Source of the DNA: Candidatus Kerfeldbacteria bacterium RIFCSPLOWO2_02_FULL_42_19
GTDB lineage: Bacteria; Patescibacteriota; Patescibacteriia; HO2-48-17
Direction: 5' to 3'
DNA: 42,824 nucleotides
Assembly (NCBI GenBank): GCA_001818315.1
Contig: MHKF01000011.1
Coordinates: 1-42,824 of the forward strand
The notes beneath the pieces are model-generated. The model saw nothing but the letters and a program-made list of their open reading frames with translations, was not told where the DNA came from and ran no database searches. Every line of letters begins with the position of its first letter. Within the stretch, counting starts at the first letter, position 1. Positions 19,561 to 29,051 of this stretch are shown here, piece by piece. The position numbers and the translations under genes are program-made.

Positions 19561-21444
19561 TTACTTTTTATCAACAACTTCGCCTTCGATCGGCTCATCT
19601 TTGCCTTTATCCTTCTGTGATTTTTCGGCTTTTGTTTTCTCTTGTGTCTGCTTATAGAGAATCTCACCGATTTTTTGCGAAGCGCGAGAAAGTTCTTCAA
19701 CGGCATTTTTTATCGCTTGCGCGTCATCACCGTCTTTTAGTTTTTTGAGCGCTTCGATTTTTTCTTCAATCGTCTTCTTTTCAGCTGCATCAATTTTATC
19801 ACCCGCTTCCTTGAGCGCCTTCTCTGTTGTATAGATTAAAGTCTCAGCAATATTTCGCTGTTCGACGCGTTCGCGTTTTTTACGATCTTCTTCCGCGTGC
19901 AGTTCAGCGTCCTTTTTCATGCGGCTGATTTCATCTTCAGATAAACCCGACGATGCTTCGATGCGAATGCTTTGGTGTTTGCTCGTAGCTTTATCCTGCG
20001 CTTTTACATTGAGAATTCCGTTCGCGTCGATATCAAAAGTCACTTCGACTTGAGGCATGCCGCGTGGAGCCGGTGGAATGCCTGACAAAATAAAACGTCC
20101 GAGAGATTTGTTATCCTGCGCCATTTCGCGTTCGCCTTGGACGACATGAACTTCGACTGAGGTTTGACTGTCTGCGGCTGTAGAAAATATTTGCGACTTA
20201 GAAGTTGGGATAGTAGTATTTTTCTCTATAATTTTTGTGGCAACGCCGCCGAGGGTTTCGATACCGAGCGAAAGCGGAATGACGTCCAAAAGCAAGACAT
20301 CCTTGACTTCACCCTGCAGAATTCCTGCTTGTACTGCTGCACCAACCGCGACAACTTCATCAGGATTGACGCTAATGTTTGGCTTTTTATTAAAAAACTG
20401 TTCGACACGACTCTGAATCATTGGCATGCGAGTTTGACCACCAACGAGGATAACTTCATGGATGTCCTTTGTTTCCAACCCAGCGTCTTTGAGCGCTTGC
20501 TTCAGAGGCCCGAAAGTTTTTTCGACGAGATCGCCAACAATTTCCTCGAGTTTTGCGCGAGTGAGTTTGAGAAGGAGATGTTTCGGGCCATCCACAGTCT
20601 GGGTGATAAAGGGCTCGTTCACTTCCGTTTCCTGCGCCGTTGAAAGTTCGTGCTTCGCTTTTTCCGCCGCTGCTTTTAAACGCTGGAGCGCAAGCGTATC
20701 TTTCGACAAATCAATACCTTCCTGTTTTTTGAATTCCGTAGTAATCCAATCGATAATTTTTATGTCAAAATCATCTCCACCTAAAAATGTATCGCCATTG
20801 GTTGCCTTGACCTCAACAATGTCCGCGCTGACTTCCAATACCGATACATCAAACGTTCCACCGCCCAAATCATACACGACGATCTTTTCATCTTTTTTCT
20901 TATCAAAACCGTACGCAAGTGCGGCGGCGGTCGGCTCGTTGATAATACGCTTGACGTCGAGTCCCGCTATTCTGCCGGCGTCTTTCGTTGCCTGTCTTTG
21001 CGAATCATCAAAATATGCGGGAACGGTGATGACTGCCTCAGTAATTTTTTCTCCTAAATGCGATTCGGCGTCATTTTTGAGTTTCTGCAACACCATAGCA
21101 GAAATTTCCTGCGGCGCGTAGTCTTTGTCCCCCATCGTCACTTTCACGCCTTCGCCCGACTGCTTGATAGTATACGAGAGTACCTTCAGCGCTTTCTGAA
21201 CTTCTGGATCAGAAAATCTTCGACCAATGAGGCGCTTGACGGAAAAAATCGTATTTTTCGGATTCGTGATTGCCTGACGTTTCGCGGTTTGACCAACAAT
21301 GCGTTCCCCTGCTTTTGTGATTGCTACTACCGAAGGAGTCGTTCGATTTCCCTCTGCGTTTTCTATAATCTTCGGTTGTCCGCCTTCAATAATCGCCATT
21401 GCGGAATTCGTTGTTCCGAGATCGATACCTAAAACTTTTCCCAT
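19561..21444 (-). CDS. dnaK: Chaperone DnaK
   Basis: [30 protein letters not shown]. Confidence 0.99.
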   Translation of the reverse strand: MGKVLGIDLGTTNSAMAIIEGGQPKIIENAEGNRTTPSVVAITKAGERIVGQTAKRQAITNPKNTIFSVKRLIGRRFSDPEVQKALKVLSYTIKQSGEGVKVTMGDKDYAPQEISAMVLQKLKNDAESHLGEKITEAVITVPAYFDDSQRQATKDAGRIAGLDVKRIINEPTAAALAYGFDKKKDEKIVVYDLGGGTFDVSVLEVSADIVEVKATNGDTFLGGDDFDIKIIDWITTEFKKQEGIDLSKDTLALQRLKAAAEKAKHELSTAQETEVNEPFITQTVDGPKHLLLKLTRAKLEEIVGDLVEKTFGPLKQALKDAGLETKDIHEVILVGGQTRMPMIQSRVEQFFNKKPNISVNPDEVVAVGAAVQAGILQGEVKDVLLLDVIPLSLGIETLGGVATKIIEKNTTIPTSKSQIFSTAADSQTSVEVHVVQGEREMAQDNKSLGRFILSGIPPAPRGMPQVEVTFDIDANGILNVKAQDKATSKHQSIRIEASSGLSEDEISRMKKDAELHAEEDRKKRERVEQRNIAETLIYTTEKALKEAGDKIDAAEKKTIEEKIEALKKLKDGDDAQAIKNAVEELSRASQKIGEILYKQTQEKTKAEKSQKDKGKDEPIEGEVVDKK

Positions 21445-21471
21445 AGAGTTTGCAAATAAATGAAGGTGTAA

Positions 21472-21888
21472 TTATGATTTTTTCGCTTTCACTGTGATGG
21501 TTTTCGGTTTTGCTCGTTCTGCTTTTGGAATGGTAATAGTGAGCACGCCATCTTGATATTCTGCCTTCGCTTTATCACCGTCAACTGCTGTCGGGAGCGC
21601 TACCGAACGATGAAAGCTTCCGGTGCGTACTTCTTTACGGTAATAGTTTTTTTCATCGACTTCTATTTTTTTCTCAACGCTCCCTTCGATCGTGAGTACG
21701 TCGTTTTCGACTGAAATGTTAATCTTCTTTGGATCCACACCTGCGACCGGAGTCTCTACGACGATGCTGTCTTTTTTGTCATAGATGTCGATTGCTGGAG
21801 TGAAACTTTTTTGCGCCATCACTGGCATATCGAAAAATTTTTCGAGCTCTGGGAGTTCGCCCCAGGGATTAAAACGCATCAGTTGCAT
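21472..21888 (-). CDS. Hsp20/alpha-crystallin small heat-shock protein
   Basis: PAIDIY...GSFHRSVALP...AEYQDGVLTITIPK; ATG 21888 avoids overlap with grpE. Confidence 0.92.
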   Translation of the reverse strand: MQLMRFNPWGELPELEKFFDMPVMAQKSFTPAIDIYDKKDSIVVETPVAGVDPKKINISVENDVLTIEGSVEKKIEVDEKNYYRKEVRTGSFHRSVALPTAVDGDKAKAEYQDGVLTITIPKAERAKPKTITVKAKKS

Positions 21889-21910
21889 AGGTTTGAAAAT
21901 AAATAATAAA

Positions 21911-22522
21911 TTATTTTGCGATTTTGACTTTTGCGTGTTTAATGACTTTGCTGTGCTGCATAAAACCTGTACTGACTTCTTCCACAATTGTTCCGCTCGC
22001 TACTCCCTCTGATGTGATTTCTTCGATCGCTTCATGAAGTTGTGGATTCAATGCTTTTCCAACCGTTTTTATTTCTTCGATACCGTGATCTGCGAGGATT
22101 TTATTAAGATAGGTTTGAATATTTTTTATCCCCTGCATCCACTGCGAATTTTTATACTCTTCTGGTATTTCGGGCGCAAAGGCATATTTGAAATAATCTA
22201 CGAGTGGCAGAAAATCCTGTATTACGTGCGCTCCCGCAAATTTCTGCAATGCTTCCTTTTGCTTGGCAACATCCTTCATGAGATTTTGATAGTCGGCTTG
22301 CGCGCGCTTCCATCCAGCAAGATATTCCTCACACTGTTTTTGCAATTTTTCCATGGGTGCTGGGGGTGATTGCGCTGATCGCCCTTGCTCTTTTTGCTCA
22401 TTGCTTTGCTCGTCTTTTTTGAGAGGCTGCTCGGTGATTTTATCTTGAGAAGCCTTTGTTTTTTGGTCTTCTCTTTCATTGCCAGTATTCTGATCGTGCA
22501 TATTGTGATCCTGCATAGGCAT
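21911..22522 (-). CDS. grpE: Nucleotide exchange factor GrpE
   Basis: RAQADYQN, LPLVD, NPQLHEAI, GF...KVIKHAKV. Confidence 0.93.
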   Translation of the reverse strand: MPMQDHNMHDQNTGNEREDQKTKASQDKITEQPLKKDEQSNEQKEQGRSAQSPPAPMEKLQKQCEEYLAGWKRAQADYQNLMKDVAKQKEALQKFAGAHVIQDFLPLVDYFKYAFAPEIPEEYKNSQWMQGIKNIQTYLNKILADHGIEEIKTVGKALNPQLHEAIEEITSEGVASGTIVEEVSTGFMQHSKVIKHAKVKIAK

Positions 22523-22534
22523 GTTTTCGACTGT

Positions 22535-23224
22535 TTAACGAATAAGATAGTGCTGCACAAGTTTGAGCCGTGGAATATTACGTTCGTAATCCATGCGCCA
22601 AGGACCGAATATGCCGATAATACTTTTCTCGTTTTCTGTTGCCTGTGTATAGGCGCCAACGATGAGACTGCAGTCACTGCTGATCGGATTTTCTGACCCG
22701 ATGAGTACCTGTGCTTCTTCCGTGACAAGCTCAAACAATTGGGGTACTACTTCATCGAGATGATCGATGACTTTGCCTATGTTGTATAAAAGATTGAGTT
22801 CGGCAAATTCTGGTTTTTGAAAGAGATGCGCAAGGCCGGTGTAGTAAAAATCATCTTCAGTAAATGCGATCATTACGGCTTCATCACTGATTTCTGCGAG
22901 TTGCTTGGCGAGATTTTTTCGACCGTCACCTTGAGATTTCTGCGCCTGTTCGAGTTTTTGTTTTTCTTTATTCTGCACTGGCTTGAGTTGCAATTGCTCT
23001 GCTACGTAATATTGGTATCCTTGCTCCGTCGGCACCCGTCCTGCTGATGTATGTGGATGCGTAAGATATCCTCCCTCTTCTAATGCCATAAAATCGTTCC
23101 GTATGGTAGCGGGCGAAACATCAAAATGATAATGCTCAGCGAGTAACGTCGAACCTACTGGTCGTGCGGTTTTCATGTGTTCTTTCATGACTGCGGAGAG
23201 AAGTTTTTGTTGACGTTCATTCAT
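22535..23224 (-). CDS. hrcA: Heat-inducible repressor HrcA (short form)
   Basis: PVGS, SPATIRN, HPHTSAGRVPT, GIFGPWRMDY; CIRCE directly upstream. Confidence 0.92.
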   Translation of the reverse strand: MNERQQKLLSAVMKEHMKTARPVGSTLLAEHYHFDVSPATIRNDFMALEEGGYLTHPHTSAGRVPTEQGYQYYVAEQLQLKPVQNKEKQKLEQAQKSQGDGRKNLAKQLAEISDEAVMIAFTEDDFYYTGLAHLFQKPEFAELNLLYNIGKVIDHLDEVVPQLFELVTEEAQVLIGSENPISSDCSLIVGAYTQATENEKSIIGIFGPWRMDYERNIPRLKLVQHYLIR

Positions 23225-23234
23225 GTGTGTAACT

Positions 23235-23261
23235 TTAGCACTCTACATCATCGAGTGCTAA
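23235..23261. promoter_or_regulatory. CIRCE operator
   Basis: Perfect TTAGCACTC-N9-GAGTGCTAA. Confidence 0.97.
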
Positions 23262-23265
23262 TTGC

Positions 23266-23294
23266 ATTATAGAAATTGTTCAGGCTCTTGTCAA
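23266..23294 (-). promoter_or_regulatory. Consensus sigma70 promoter of the hrcA operon
   Basis: TTGACA-17 nt-TATAAT on the minus strand immediately upstream of CIRCE. Confidence 0.92.
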
Positions 23295-23356
23295 ATCGTT
23301 AAAGCACAAAAGGGTTTGAGGCGCGCGTTTGCTTGCTTCAAACCCTTTTGAAAAGA
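23286..23356. repeat. Direct repeat copy 1 (about 70 bp, contains a hairpin)
   Basis: 52-bp core 23305-23356 identical to 24150-24201, plus shared TCTTGTCAAATCG. Confidence 0.92.
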
Positions 23357-23458
23357 GCGTCAAAATTCTTTTTGGTATCTCTTACTCCTCGGCTCGAACC
23401 TTTTTCCAAAAGAATTTTGAAGCCGCCAGTATTCAAAATCCGCTTCGGGCGCGGGCCA

Positions 23459-23893
23459 TTATTGAGATTTCATTGATTCCTTCAATTCAATCTCTTCTTT
23501 AGAGTAATTAAATTTCACGGTGAAAATATCGAAGAAACCTTTTTGACCAAGAATTCCATAACCGTGTCTGGCAATGTCATACGAGAAGCCAACCGTGGTG
23601 CGATACTTCCAACCTCCAATAACCATGGTAATCTCTTGAAAGTATGCCGAAGAAGCATATGCTTCTTGAATACCGCCAAACCGCTCTACCTTTCCAGATC
23701 GAACATCAAACCCCAGCGTTTCTCCAATCGTAGCATCAAAAATACAAAAATCCGCGCCAGAGTCTATGAGCGCGTCGTAACGGAACGCATCTGCTTCCCC
23801 TACCAGTTCAATTGGAATGATCGGCTTCAAAATACTGCTTCCGAAAAACTCTGACCGTGCAGAGAGAGGAAACTTGAAATACGAAAACTTCAT
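23459..23893 (-). CDS. Retropepsin-like (clan AA) aspartic protease
   Basis: ALIDSGAD catalytic motif and GILG..GFF motif. Confidence 0.85.
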   Translation of the reverse strand: MKFSYFKFPLSARSEFFGSSILKPIIPIELVGEADAFRYDALIDSGADFCIFDATIGETLGFDVRSGKVERFGGIQEAYASSAYFQEITMVIGGWKYRTTVGFSYDIARHGYGILGQKGFFDIFTVKFNYSKEEIELKESMKSQ

Positions 23894-24090
23894 ACAAACG
23901 CCGTACCTACGTATGGCATGATCTCAAGGGGAACGCGAAATAGAATGGGTTTTTTTCGCCCCTGTTTGCGCGCTTTTGTGAGAACTTCCTGTGGCGTTTC
24001 TCCACTTGCGATAACGGTCACCTGATCGTCCTCAAGAGCTACCCACAAACCCTTATATTTATCATAAATTTTTCTCCAGTCGATTGCCAT
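23890..24090 (-). CDS. DUF5678-like small protein
   Basis: KYKGLWVAL....VIASG.....V...A...G...P..F.VP; ATGA overlap with the protease gene. Confidence 0.8.
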   Translation of the reverse strand: MAIDWRKIYDKYKGLWVALEDDQVTVIASGETPQEVLTKARKQGRKKPILFRVPLEIMPYVGTAFV

Positions 24091-24131
24091 ATATTCCAAA
24101 GTTTAGCAGTCTGGACGAAAAAAGCAAACTG

Positions 24132-24201
24132 TCTTGTCAAATCGCGAAACACAAAAGGGTTTGAGGCGCGCGTTTGCTTGCTTCAAACCCTTTTGAAAAG
24201 A
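24132..24201. repeat. Direct repeat copy 2
   Basis: Same as copy 1; cores are 845 bp apart. Confidence 0.92.
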
Positions 24202-24266
24202 ACCAAAAAACTTTATTTTGACTCTAGGAGTAACCGTTTCACTCCTTTGAGTCTAGCGCCCTGTTG

Positions 24267-25604
24267 TTATTGAAGGTTTGTGTCCTCCGATTCCGGTTGC
24301 ACTTGAGGTAATTCCTGCGAGTCTACTGCCACGCCAATCTCTTTCAGGAACGCATCGAATAACTCGAGAGCATCTGGATTTAACTTGAGATCATCACGCT
24401 GTTCTTTAACAGGGTCTTTACATTCGAATTGCGTGAATCCTGCGATCTGTGCCACCTGCCGAACCACATTCGCGAGAGTCTGCACAACTTCCATTCCGGA
24501 CTCCGAACGTTCAATAGTTCGCAATCCAAAAGCTGCCCAGTCACCGACAATCTCGACAAGTCGAGTACGATCTTTCTCGATGATCTTTCTGATGACTTCA
24601 CGTCCTCCCTCACTCAGCGTGTAATCGAAACCGCAAGAAATTTTAGTGAGTTGTTCTCTTGCGCCTTTGATCTGTTCCAAATCGAGACTCTGTACATAAA
24701 TTTCGAACAGCGGCAAGACGATATAGTGACCCAAGAATTTCACAAGCCGTGGGCTCTCTAGGACTGTGTCGCGTCCCCACCTATAGAGTGGAGCCGATTC
24801 AACATACAACTGACCGGCAAGCTTGGAAAAGTCTTCTTGCTTATCCAGCCATTCAACGATTAACGGAACGAGTTTTTCTGCCGATGCCGTAATTGGCCTA
24901 CGACAGATAGGTGTTTCCGCACCTGGACAAAAATGCACAACACCTACACCCCATTCACTTCGGAACGAAGTAAAAGGATCTGTCGGTGCGAAGCGAAGGT
25001 CTTCGAGTTTCGAAAGGCACCAGTTGGGATCATTGAGAAACACTTGCTGCAACGCTGGGGGTACCCAGAATGTTTCTTTTTGTGCCTCCATCCATTTTTC
25101 GAGCGCCGCAATGTATCTCTGCTGCTCGGTGACTTCAGCAAGACGTAAGAAGAGGCCCGGCCTGAGTCGGAATACTTTTCCATTCTCAAGTACGAGGTGC
25201 CCTTCCTTGATACACCCGTACATTGTTGGGAACTTTTCGCCCGACAGCGGACAGAGATTCCTCATCCCCCAATCCAGTTCCGCGACCACTGCCCGCAGTC
25301 TTTGACTGTACGCGCCCCAAGTCTGGAGAATGAAAGTTTCCATGGAATCTGCGGCGTCGCACGTGAGAGCAGGCAGTGGATCCGTCGGTTTCTCATTTGC
25401 TGCCGGCACTGCTTTTGTCATGGAAACCGGTATGGGAAATTTCGAAACCTCTGGCTGCACTTCTGACGGAACTACGGATTCAGGTGCTTCTTTTTGTCTC
25501 TCTGATCCGTCGGTACAAAAAATGCAGAAAGGCATGTACCCAAAAAAAATCAACAACCCGACTACCCCGCAATTTCTCAAGGTCATCTGAATCTTGTGTT
25601 TCAT
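24267..25604 (-). CDS. Hypothetical exported protein
   Basis: 445-aa ORF, SD GAGGAG, N-terminal hydrophobic segment followed by a P/E-rich linker. Confidence 0.7.
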   Translation of the reverse strand: MKHKIQMTLRNCGVVGLLIFFGYMPFCIFCTDGSERQKEAPESVVPSEVQPEVSKFPIPVSMTKAVPAANEKPTDPLPALTCDAADSMETFILQTWGAYSQRLRAVVAELDWGMRNLCPLSGEKFPTMYGCIKEGHLVLENGKVFRLRPGLFLRLAEVTEQQRYIAALEKWMEAQKETFWVPPALQQVFLNDPNWCLSKLEDLRFAPTDPFTSFRSEWGVGVVHFCPGAETPICRRPITASAEKLVPLIVEWLDKQEDFSKLAGQLYVESAPLYRWGRDTVLESPRLVKFLGHYIVLPLFEIYVQSLDLEQIKGAREQLTKISCGFDYTLSEGGREVIRKIIEKDRTRLVEIVGDWAAFGLRTIERSESGMEVVQTLANVVRQVAQIAGFTQFECKDPVKEQRDDLKLNPDALELFDAFLKEIGVAVDSQELPQVQPESEDTNLQ

Positions 25605-25821
25605 TCTTGTTTCTCCTCTTTAGGTGGTAAAAAACCTCTTCTGTAAGAAGAAAAATTTCTTACCAAATTTGTTGAAAAATTTTCAAGAATCGTTCAAGAA
25701 CATGCTACAAAGATCCTTAATAGAACCTTCGTGACTTGTCTGTCATACCATAATCTGCATCTTTCTGTCAAAGATGCGCAAAAAATTTTAAAATATTTAT
25801 CTTATGTTAGCAAATTCTTTT

Positions 25822-25896
25822 TGGTACCGCGTACGGGATTCGAACCCGTATTACTGCCGTGAGAGGGCAGCGTCCTAGCCATTAGACGAACGCGGC
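25822..25896 (-). tRNA. tRNA-Glu(CTC) with encoded CCA
   Basis: GCCGCGT/ACGCGGT acceptor, anticodon loop CT-CTC-AC, GGTTCGAATCC, ends ACCA. Confidence 0.95.
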
Positions 25897-26916
25897 TTAA
25901 ATATCTCGACCGACTTCTAGCGCTTGTTCGACAAGGCGATGAGCATACCCCCATTCATTGTCATACCAAGCAACAACTTTCACGAGATCGTTATCGACAA
26001 CGCGCGTGAGTGGAAGATCCACGATTGCGGAATAGGTTGTGCCGACGATGTCTGAAGAAACAATCGGATCTTCTGTCACTGCCACGATCTGACGGTAGAA
26101 AGGATGCTTACTCATTTTTCGAAAAACATTATTCACCTGTTCCACTGTCACAGTTTTTTTTGTGAGCATCGTTATATCCGAAATTGACCCGTCAACGATC
26201 GGCACGCGCATCGCAATGCCATCAAACTTACCTTTGAGTTCGGGTATCGTCAAGGTTGTTGCCTTGGCAGCGCCTGTTGAAGAAGGAATAATATTCATCG
26301 CCGCAGCACGAGTCTCGCGTAAATCTTTTCCCTTCCCCCCATCTACCAACGCTTGACTTGCTGTGTATGCGTGCACGGTTGTCATCAGTGCTTTCTTGAT
26401 CCCAAAAGCATTGTGCATGATAGCCATCACCGGGGAAATGCAATTCGTTGTGCACGAGGCATTCGAAATAATCCGCTCTTTCTTCGCATCAAGTTTCGTG
26501 TGATTCACTCCGATGACATAAGTTCCAACTGGATCATCACCTTTCGCTGGCGCGGAAATAATCACATTCTTTGCTCCGGCTTCAAGGTGTTTCATTGCGT
26601 CTGCTTTTTTTATAAATACGCCTGTACATTCCAAAACAACATCAACGTTATACTTCTTCCATGGGAGATCTTCAATATTTGGAGAAGTGAATTTTCGATA
26701 TTTTTCTTTCCCGATTTGGATAAAGTCTTTACCAGCTTTCACCTGTTCATGAGATACGCCATGGACGGTGTCATATCGTAATCGATAGGCACATATTTCT
26801 GCAGAACTCAAATCATTCAGAGCAACAATTGTTATGTTCTTGAACGTGCGAGCAATCTTGAATGCCGCCATACCGGTGCGGCCGAATCCATTAATGGCGA
26901 TGCGTATAGATTTCAT
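25897..26916 (-). CDS. gap: Type I glyceraldehyde-3-phosphate dehydrogenase
   Basis: IAINGFGR, SNASCTTNC, TGAAKA, WYDNEWGY; start 26916 or 26922. Confidence 0.96.
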   Translation of the reverse strand: MKSIRIAINGFGRTGMAAFKIARTFKNITIVALNDLSSAEICAYRLRYDTVHGVSHEQVKAGKDFIQIGKEKYRKFTSPNIEDLPWKKYNVDVVLECTGVFIKKADAMKHLEAGAKNVIISAPAKGDDPVGTYVIGVNHTKLDAKKERIISNASCTTNCISPVMAIMHNAFGIKKALMTTVHAYTASQALVDGGKGKDLRETRAAAMNIIPSSTGAAKATTLTIPELKGKFDGIAMRVPIVDGSISDITMLTKKTVTVEQVNNVFRKMSKHPFYRQIVAVTEDPIVSSDIVGTTYSAIVDLPLTRVVDNDLVKVVAWYDNEWGYAHRLVEQALEVGRDI

Positions 26917-26964
26917 AGGCATTGAATAATGATAAAAAATCAATGAAAATTTGAGAGAGCCTCA

Positions 26965-27462
26965 TTATCGAAAAATAGTGATGATCCCAGCGCTCACGAG
27001 CGTTGTGATGATGCCAGCAATAACTACACCTCCGACAATTGCAGGGTATGCCTTCTTAAAGGGCAGACCAAAAAGAAATGCTCCAAGAGCGCCAGTCCAT
27101 GCTCCTGTCATCGGCAGCGGTATTGCCACAAAAATCAGCAGACCTAAAGCACCCCATGTCTCATAATTTTTCTGCAGTTTCTTTCGTGTTCTTGCAAAGA
27201 GCCGCTCAAAGAAACGTCGAATGTTTTGTGAACGTTCTGAAAGAACTTTGGATATTGGTTCAATCAAAAGCAAGATGAACAACGGTGGAATAATATTTCC
27301 CAGAAAAGCAAAAAGAAAAGCCTTGAGTGGCGAAAATCCAAATGCGCTCATTGCAAAAGGAATCGCACCGCGCAGTTCTGAAATCGGCAGAGCGCTGATA
27401 ATCATCGTTGCTACTTCTGGCGCAAATCCGGAAAACCAGTCCAGATATTTCGATTCTAACAT
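26965..27462 (-). CDS. Small multi-drug export family membrane protein
   Basis: LPISELRGAIP and FVAIPLPMTGAWTG; ORF extends to 27522. Confidence 0.85.
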   Translation of the reverse strand: MLESKYLDWFSGFAPEVATMIISALPISELRGAIPFAMSAFGFSPLKAFLFAFLGNIIPPLFILLLIEPISKVLSERSQNIRRFFERLFARTRKKLQKNYETWGALGLLIFVAIPLPMTGAWTGALGAFLFGLPFKKAYPAIVGGVVIAGIITTLVSAGIITIFR

Positions 27463-27511
27463 ATTTGCTTGAAAGTTGCCTTGAAAGAGTTTAGGAAATC
27501 TTTCATGTACA

Positions 27512-28486
27512 TCATATTCCACTTGAACTCACTTGCCATGTGTATTCTCGAAATACCCAGTCGACGAGCGCCTTCATATCCTGATGCTTGTCTTTTTCCG
27601 TCGGCGATCCAAGGATAACAATCAATACATCACCCTTTTCTTGCTGTCGTGTTTCTTGAATCAGACAAAATCCCGCTTCTTCCGTGTAGCCGGTTTTTGA
27701 AGCCACAATATCGTATGGATCATGATCGAGATACGTACCAAGAAGTTTATTCGTACCCTTTACCGTGCGCTCGTCTTCCGGTTCAATTGTTTTGAGTTTG
27801 TGTTCTTTGATGGATGTTGCTCGTTGTACTCGCGCATCAGAAAAAACATATAATGCAAGTCTTGCGAGATCCGTAACCGTAGAACTATTCTCTCTATCCA
27901 AACCGGTTGGTTCTTTAAAGACTGAATTGGACATACCGAATTCGCGTGCCTTTTCATTCATACGCTCCACAAATACTTCATCAGAAAATCCTGTCGATCG
28001 AGCGAGTGCTAATGCGGTATTATTCGCTGATCCGGTCAACGTCACAAAGAATAAGTCTGCCAAGGAAAGTTTTACGCCGTTACCTACAGAAAACTTCGCG
28101 CCAGCTAAAGCATTCTCATCTGCCTCTAATGCTTTCACCTGATCCCATCCTGGATTGTTTTCTAAAAATACTGCCGTTGTCATAAGCTTCGTAAGACTTG
28201 CAATTGGTAGTTTTCTATCTGGTTCTTTTTGCCAAAGGATCACTCCTGAATGGACGTCGACGATAATCGCTGCTTTTGCGCTTATCACCGCTCCGAGATT
28301 TTTTCCAACTTTTTTTGCTACAACGACCGGTTGATTTACAGTAGCATTCACAAGTGGCGTTGTAGAGCGATATTCAAGCATGTCGCTTGCAAGAAGCGTT
28401 GGAGTTTCAAAAAATTCTGGCAGTATCACTTCCCCTTTCGTGAGCCATTGTAAAATTGTCAGGCTGATAAGTAAAAGATTTTCCAT
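27512..28486 (-). CDS. D-alanyl-D-alanine carboxypeptidase (peptidase S11)
   Basis: ASLTK (SxxK), SAN (SxN), KTGYT. Confidence 0.9.
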   Translation of the reverse strand: MENLLLISLTILQWLTKGEVILPEFFETPTLLASDMLEYRSTTPLVNATVNQPVVVAKKVGKNLGAVISAKAAIIVDVHSGVILWQKEPDRKLPIASLTKLMTTAVFLENNPGWDQVKALEADENALAGAKFSVGNGVKLSLADLFFVTLTGSANNTALALARSTGFSDEVFVERMNEKAREFGMSNSVFKEPTGLDRENSSTVTDLARLALYVFSDARVQRATSIKEHKLKTIEPEDERTVKGTNKLLGTYLDHDPYDIVASKTGYTEEAGFCLIQETRQQEKGDVLIVILGSPTEKDKHQDMKALVDWVFREYTWQVSSSGI

Positions 28487-28494
28487 TGTTTACT

Positions 28495-29034
28495 TTATTT
28501 CTTTGCGAGCATTGTTTGGAGATATTCATTGCTATTAAGCTCCTTGTAGTGTGGCAGCTCACCTACTTTCCGAATGCCAAGCCATCGTGTGAATTCAAAA
28601 GTGATGTGATATTTCATATCGAATATATCTTTCCCTGGTATTTCTTCGACGAGCCCTCGAATGAGAAGATTACGAAGTATGAGACTACAATTAATGCCGC
28701 GAATTGTTTCGATTTCTGCCTTGGTGACAGGACCTCTATAGGCGACGATCGTGAGCGTTTCGAGTGCGGGTTGCGTAAGTTCTTTATTCTGTTCCTCTTT
28801 CACAAATTTTGCGATGAGTTCGCTCTGCTCTTTCGAAGTCACAAGTTGAACTTTTTCTTGATCTTGCATGAATGTTATCCCCGCGCCACGTTCCTCGTAC
28901 TGTTTTACGAGTTCTTTCAGTGCATCGACAATCGCCTCTTGTGATACATTTAAGAGTTGACTCAAACGTTTGAATGTGAGCGGTTTATTGGCTACAAACA
29001 GTAAACTCTCTATTGGCGCTGTTAATGAAGACAT
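28495..29034 (-). CDS. scpB: SMC-Scp complex subunit ScpB
   Basis: IESLLF, LETLTIVAYRGPVTKAEIETIRG, ELP. Confidence 0.93.
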   Translation of the reverse strand: MSSLTAPIESLLFVANKPLTFKRLSQLLNVSQEAIVDALKELVKQYEERGAGITFMQDQEKVQLVTSKEQSELIAKFVKEEQNKELTQPALETLTIVAYRGPVTKAEIETIRGINCSLILRNLLIRGLVEEIPGKDIFDMKYHITFEFTRWLGIRKVGELPHYKELNSNEYLQTMLAKK

Positions 29035-29051
29035 AGTTTCCAAATTAAACT

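Noticed and set aside
20164-21432. Long + strand ORFs opposite dnaK (also opposite the P-type ATPase, M20 peptidase and VirD4-like genes)
   Set aside because: Antisense shadows of well-supported genes, with no motifs of their own.
26860-26900. GAPDH GFGRTGM instead of GFGRIGR
   Set aside because: All catalytic motifs are intact; probably ordinary divergence.
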